From positions 456 to 64,455 of the forward strand of contig CALWFB010000008.1 in the NCBI GenBank assembly GCA_944377485.1: 64,000 nt of DNA. Direction: 5' to 3'. The stretch is from an uncultured Clostridia bacterium (lineage in GTDB: Bacteria > Bacillota > Clostridia > Christensenellales > UBA1242). Position numbers and translations under genes: made by a program. The notes beneath the pieces are model-generated. The model was not told the origin of the DNA. It searched no databases and worked only from the letters and a program-made list of their open reading frames with translations. Shown here one piece after another: positions 61,984 to 64,000 of this stretch. Position 1 is the first letter of the stretch; each line of letters starts with the position of its first letter.

Positions 61984-63180
61984 CTATTTTTTCCTTCTTA
62001 ATATCTCATATTTTTTCAATTCAAGATTGGATTCAATGTAGACCTGTTGTTTAGGAATTTTACATTCAGACAGTTCATTTCCTTCCAAATCAATTATTTT
62101 TTCGACTTTTATTATAACATTATTTTTTGTTTTAGACAACAATTCTAAACTAGAATTTGCACTAAATCTATTTCTCATTTCGACTTTTGTCAATCCATTT
62201 TCTGTGTCTTCCAACACTATTGCAACAAAATCATACTCACTTTCAGGTAAACTTGTATCTAATGTTTCTTTTGGATTGCCAAAATAAAATCCACATGAAT
62301 AATCTCTATGACTTGATTTGTAAACTTCATTTCTAATTTCATCAGGTAAATTGTATTCTTTGTGAGAATCTAGATAATTCAATGCGTGTCTATATGCATT
62401 CACAATGTTTGCAACATAATATTCGGTTTTCATTCTACCTTCAATTTTGATGGAATTTACACCCACATCTCGCAATTTATCCAAATATTCAATCATACAT
62501 AAATCTTTACTATTTAAAATATATGTTCCATGACTATCCTCTTCAATAGGATATTCTTGTTCTTTATTTATCTCTCTTATAGCATACTCCCATCTACAAG
62601 CTTGAACACATGCTCCCCTATTGGCATCACGTCCAGTAAAGAAGTTGGATAATAGACATCTACCTGAATAACTAATACACATGGCTCCATGAGCAAAAGC
62701 TTCCAATTCAATATCTTCTGGAATATTTTTTCTTAATCTCTTTATTTCATCTAGTGTCATTTCTCTTGCCAAAATAAGTCTTTTAACTCCTAGATTAATA
62801 AACACCTTAGCCGCTTCACTATTTGTTATATTTGCTTGCGTGCTAACATGTATAGACATATTAGGTGCGATTCTTCTGACCATACTGATTACACCCAAGT
62901 CTGCACAAATTAGAGCATCTACGTTGATACTGTCTAAATATGAAATATATTGTGGCAAATCTTCTAAATCAGATTCGTGTGGAATAATATTAACTGTAAT
63001 ATAAACCTTCACTCCATTCTTGTGTGCATAATCGACAGCCCATTTCAAACTATCTAAATCAAAATTTCCAGCAAAAGTACGCAGGCCAAATCTTGTCGAA
63101 GCAAGATATACTGCGTCTGCGCCATATTCTACTGCCATAATTAATTTATCTTTATCTCCTGCTGGTGCTAATAATTCCAT
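61984..63180 (-). CDS. Peptidase U32 family protein (collagenase-like / RNA hydroxylation-type)
   Basis: Has the N-terminus MELLAPAG typical of U32, plus GADAVY and the Cys pair ACVQACRWEY. Start set to the ATG at 63180. Confidence 0.88.
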   Translation of the reverse strand: MELLAPAGDKDKLIMAVEYGADAVYLASTRFGLRTFAGNFDLDSLKWAVDYAHKNGVKVYITVNIIPHESDLEDLPQYISYLDSINVDALICADLGVISMVRRIAPNMSIHVSTQANITNSEAAKVFINLGVKRLILAREMTLDEIKRLRKNIPEDIELEAFAHGAMCISYSGRCLLSNFFTGRDANRGACVQACRWEYAIREINKEQEYPIEEDSHGTYILNSKDLCMIEYLDKLRDVGVNSIKIEGRMKTEYYVANIVNAYRHALNYLDSHKEYNLPDEIRNEVYKSSHRDYSCGFYFGNPKETLDTSLPESEYDFVAIVLEDTENGLTKVEMRNRFSANSSLELLSKTKNNVIIKVEKIIDLEGNELSECKIPKQQVYIESNLELKKYEILRRKK

Positions 63181-63186
63181 AATTGT

Positions 63187-63215
63187 ATTATAAAACAAAT
63201 TTGTAAAATTTTCAA
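63187..63215 (-). promoter_or_regulatory. Sigma-A promoter positioned for a leaderless U32 mRNA
   Basis: On the minus strand: TTGAAA, 17 nt, TATAAT, 6 nt (acaatt), then ATG. There is no SD. Confidence 0.55.
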
Positions 63216-63321
63216 CCATTTTTAAAAAAGGACTTGAAAATTTATTATTAACGTGATAGAATGCTTTGTCTTTCAAACAGACAATTAAATTAATATTGAA
63301 ATTTTAGGAGCAACAAACACT

Positions 63322-63879
63322 ATGAATTATATTATATATTGTGATGATGAAAATGTAGAAAATTTTTATGTGTACGATATAGAAAAACACGTACGAAAAG
63401 GTGAAAAAATTACACAAAATTTTTACTGTGGCAACTTGGTATATCGTTCTGCTACATACAGAGATAAAAATAAATTAAGTAGAAAAAATGGTTGTCTGAC
63501 AAGTTTAAATAAGTCCAACATTGCTACATTTCTACAAGATGATGTCATGATACAAATACCAAACAATAATAGTTCGAAATCTAAATATGTTATAGCATTT
63601 TTAGATGAAGATGGAAAATATTGTGGTCTAAAAGTTGAATTCAAAAAAATCCAATCATATGACAGCAAAAACTCAAAAGTTATTTCTTCTGGCAAAATGC
63701 TTATGCATATAACCTGCCAAGACCATGAATGGACTAAGACTCATTCATTCGTAAATCTACTTGATAAATCAATTCAAGAAAAAGGATATTACTTAGAAAT
63801 TTATAGGTCAGCAAAAGCTTCTGCTACTCTTGTAGATTACTTATCATCAAATCCAGCAACAAAAAACTCTACTATTTAA
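63322..63879 (+). CDS. Hypothetical protein (185 aa)
   Basis: ORF with AGGAG 11 nt upstream and a terminator that overlaps the stop codon. No recognisable family. Confidence 0.5.
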   Translation: MNYIIYCDDENVENFYVYDIEKHVRKGEKITQNFYCGNLVYRSATYRDKNKLSRKNGCLTSLNKSNIATFLQDDVMIQIPNNNSSKSKYVIAFLDEDGKYCGLKVEFKKIQSYDSKNSKVISSGKMLMHITCQDHEWTKTHSFVNLLDKSIQEKGYYLEIYRSAKASATLVDYLSSNPATKNSTI

Positions 63880-63894
63880 AAGTAGAGTTTTTTA
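63865..63894 (+). terminator. Intrinsic terminator
   Basis: Stem AACTCTACT / AGTAGAGTT (63865-63873, 63881-63889) with the TAA in the loop, followed by a T-run. Confidence 0.6.
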
Positions 63895-64000
63895 GTATTA
63901 TTAATCTTAATATAATAAAATTTCATACACAGAAATGACATTGCACAAATTTATTTTTTTTGACTAATACCTATTCCATCTCCAATATCTAAAATTTGAG

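Noticed and set aside
63957-64000. Possible 3' end of a minus-strand gene (...QILDIGDGIGISQKK-stop) next to a T8 run at the window edge.
   Set aside because: Only 14 codons are visible. ILDIGxGxG resembles a methyltransferase motif I but sits at a C-terminus, and no frame continues past the homopolymer. This is too little evidence to call.

Overview
Visibly AT-rich Bacillota-type chromosomal segment. It uses the standard genetic code: TAA, TAG and TGA all terminate long conserved genes, and no long conserved gene carries an in-frame TGA. Most genes lie on the minus strand, and the content is almost entirely housekeeping, arranged as compacted versions of two classic Bacillus syntenies. (i) 0.4-21.8 kb, read on the minus strand: plsX-rnc-(PH-domain protein)-rpoZ-priA-def-fmt-rlmN-rpe-rsmE-mtaB-HIT-rpsU-pcrA-ligA-smc-ftsY-ylxM-ffh. 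(ii) 39-51.7 kb: lepA-hemW-(orphan)-hrcA-grpE-(MBL hydrolase)-dnaK-(isochorismatase-like)-dnaJ, followed by the rpmB / asp23-fakA divergon. Also present: a methyltransferase, rpmF, ackA, pta, patatin, four tRNAs (Leu-TAA, Cys-GCA, Gly-GCC, Val-TAC) plus a decayed tRNA-Gly copy, an ABC-F ATPase with an attenuator-like leader, a SigK-like sigma factor, RNase P RNA, tatD, plsY, der, feoAB, a DagK-type lipid kinase and a U32 peptidase-family gene. The only clearly accessory block is 26.9-35.9 kb: YlbJ-like membrane protein, small membrane protein, 1131-aa BspA-type LRR surface protein, DUF4364-like protein, an orphan ORF and an ABC exporter pair. I see no CRISPR array, integrase, transposase, phage genes or recognisable defence system. 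The most unusual items are these. (1) A stand-alone 71-codon gene encoding a Ser-rich (K-S-x-S-T)x8 pentad-repeat peptide. (2) A GrpE carrying an 18-Cys CxC array in its N-terminal region. (3) Two hydrolase genes translationally coupled inside the hrcA-grpE-dnaK-dnaJ operon. (4) Several near-consensus promoters placed 6 nt upstream of an ATG (lepA, the U32 gene and a 12-codon leader ORF ahead of the ABC-F gene), which suggests leaderless mRNAs. (5) A putative lipoprotein gene split by one in-frame TGA. (6) A 459-bp in-frame tandem duplication inside the LRR gene. All functional calls rest on motif recognition in the supplied translations, and no database search was run.
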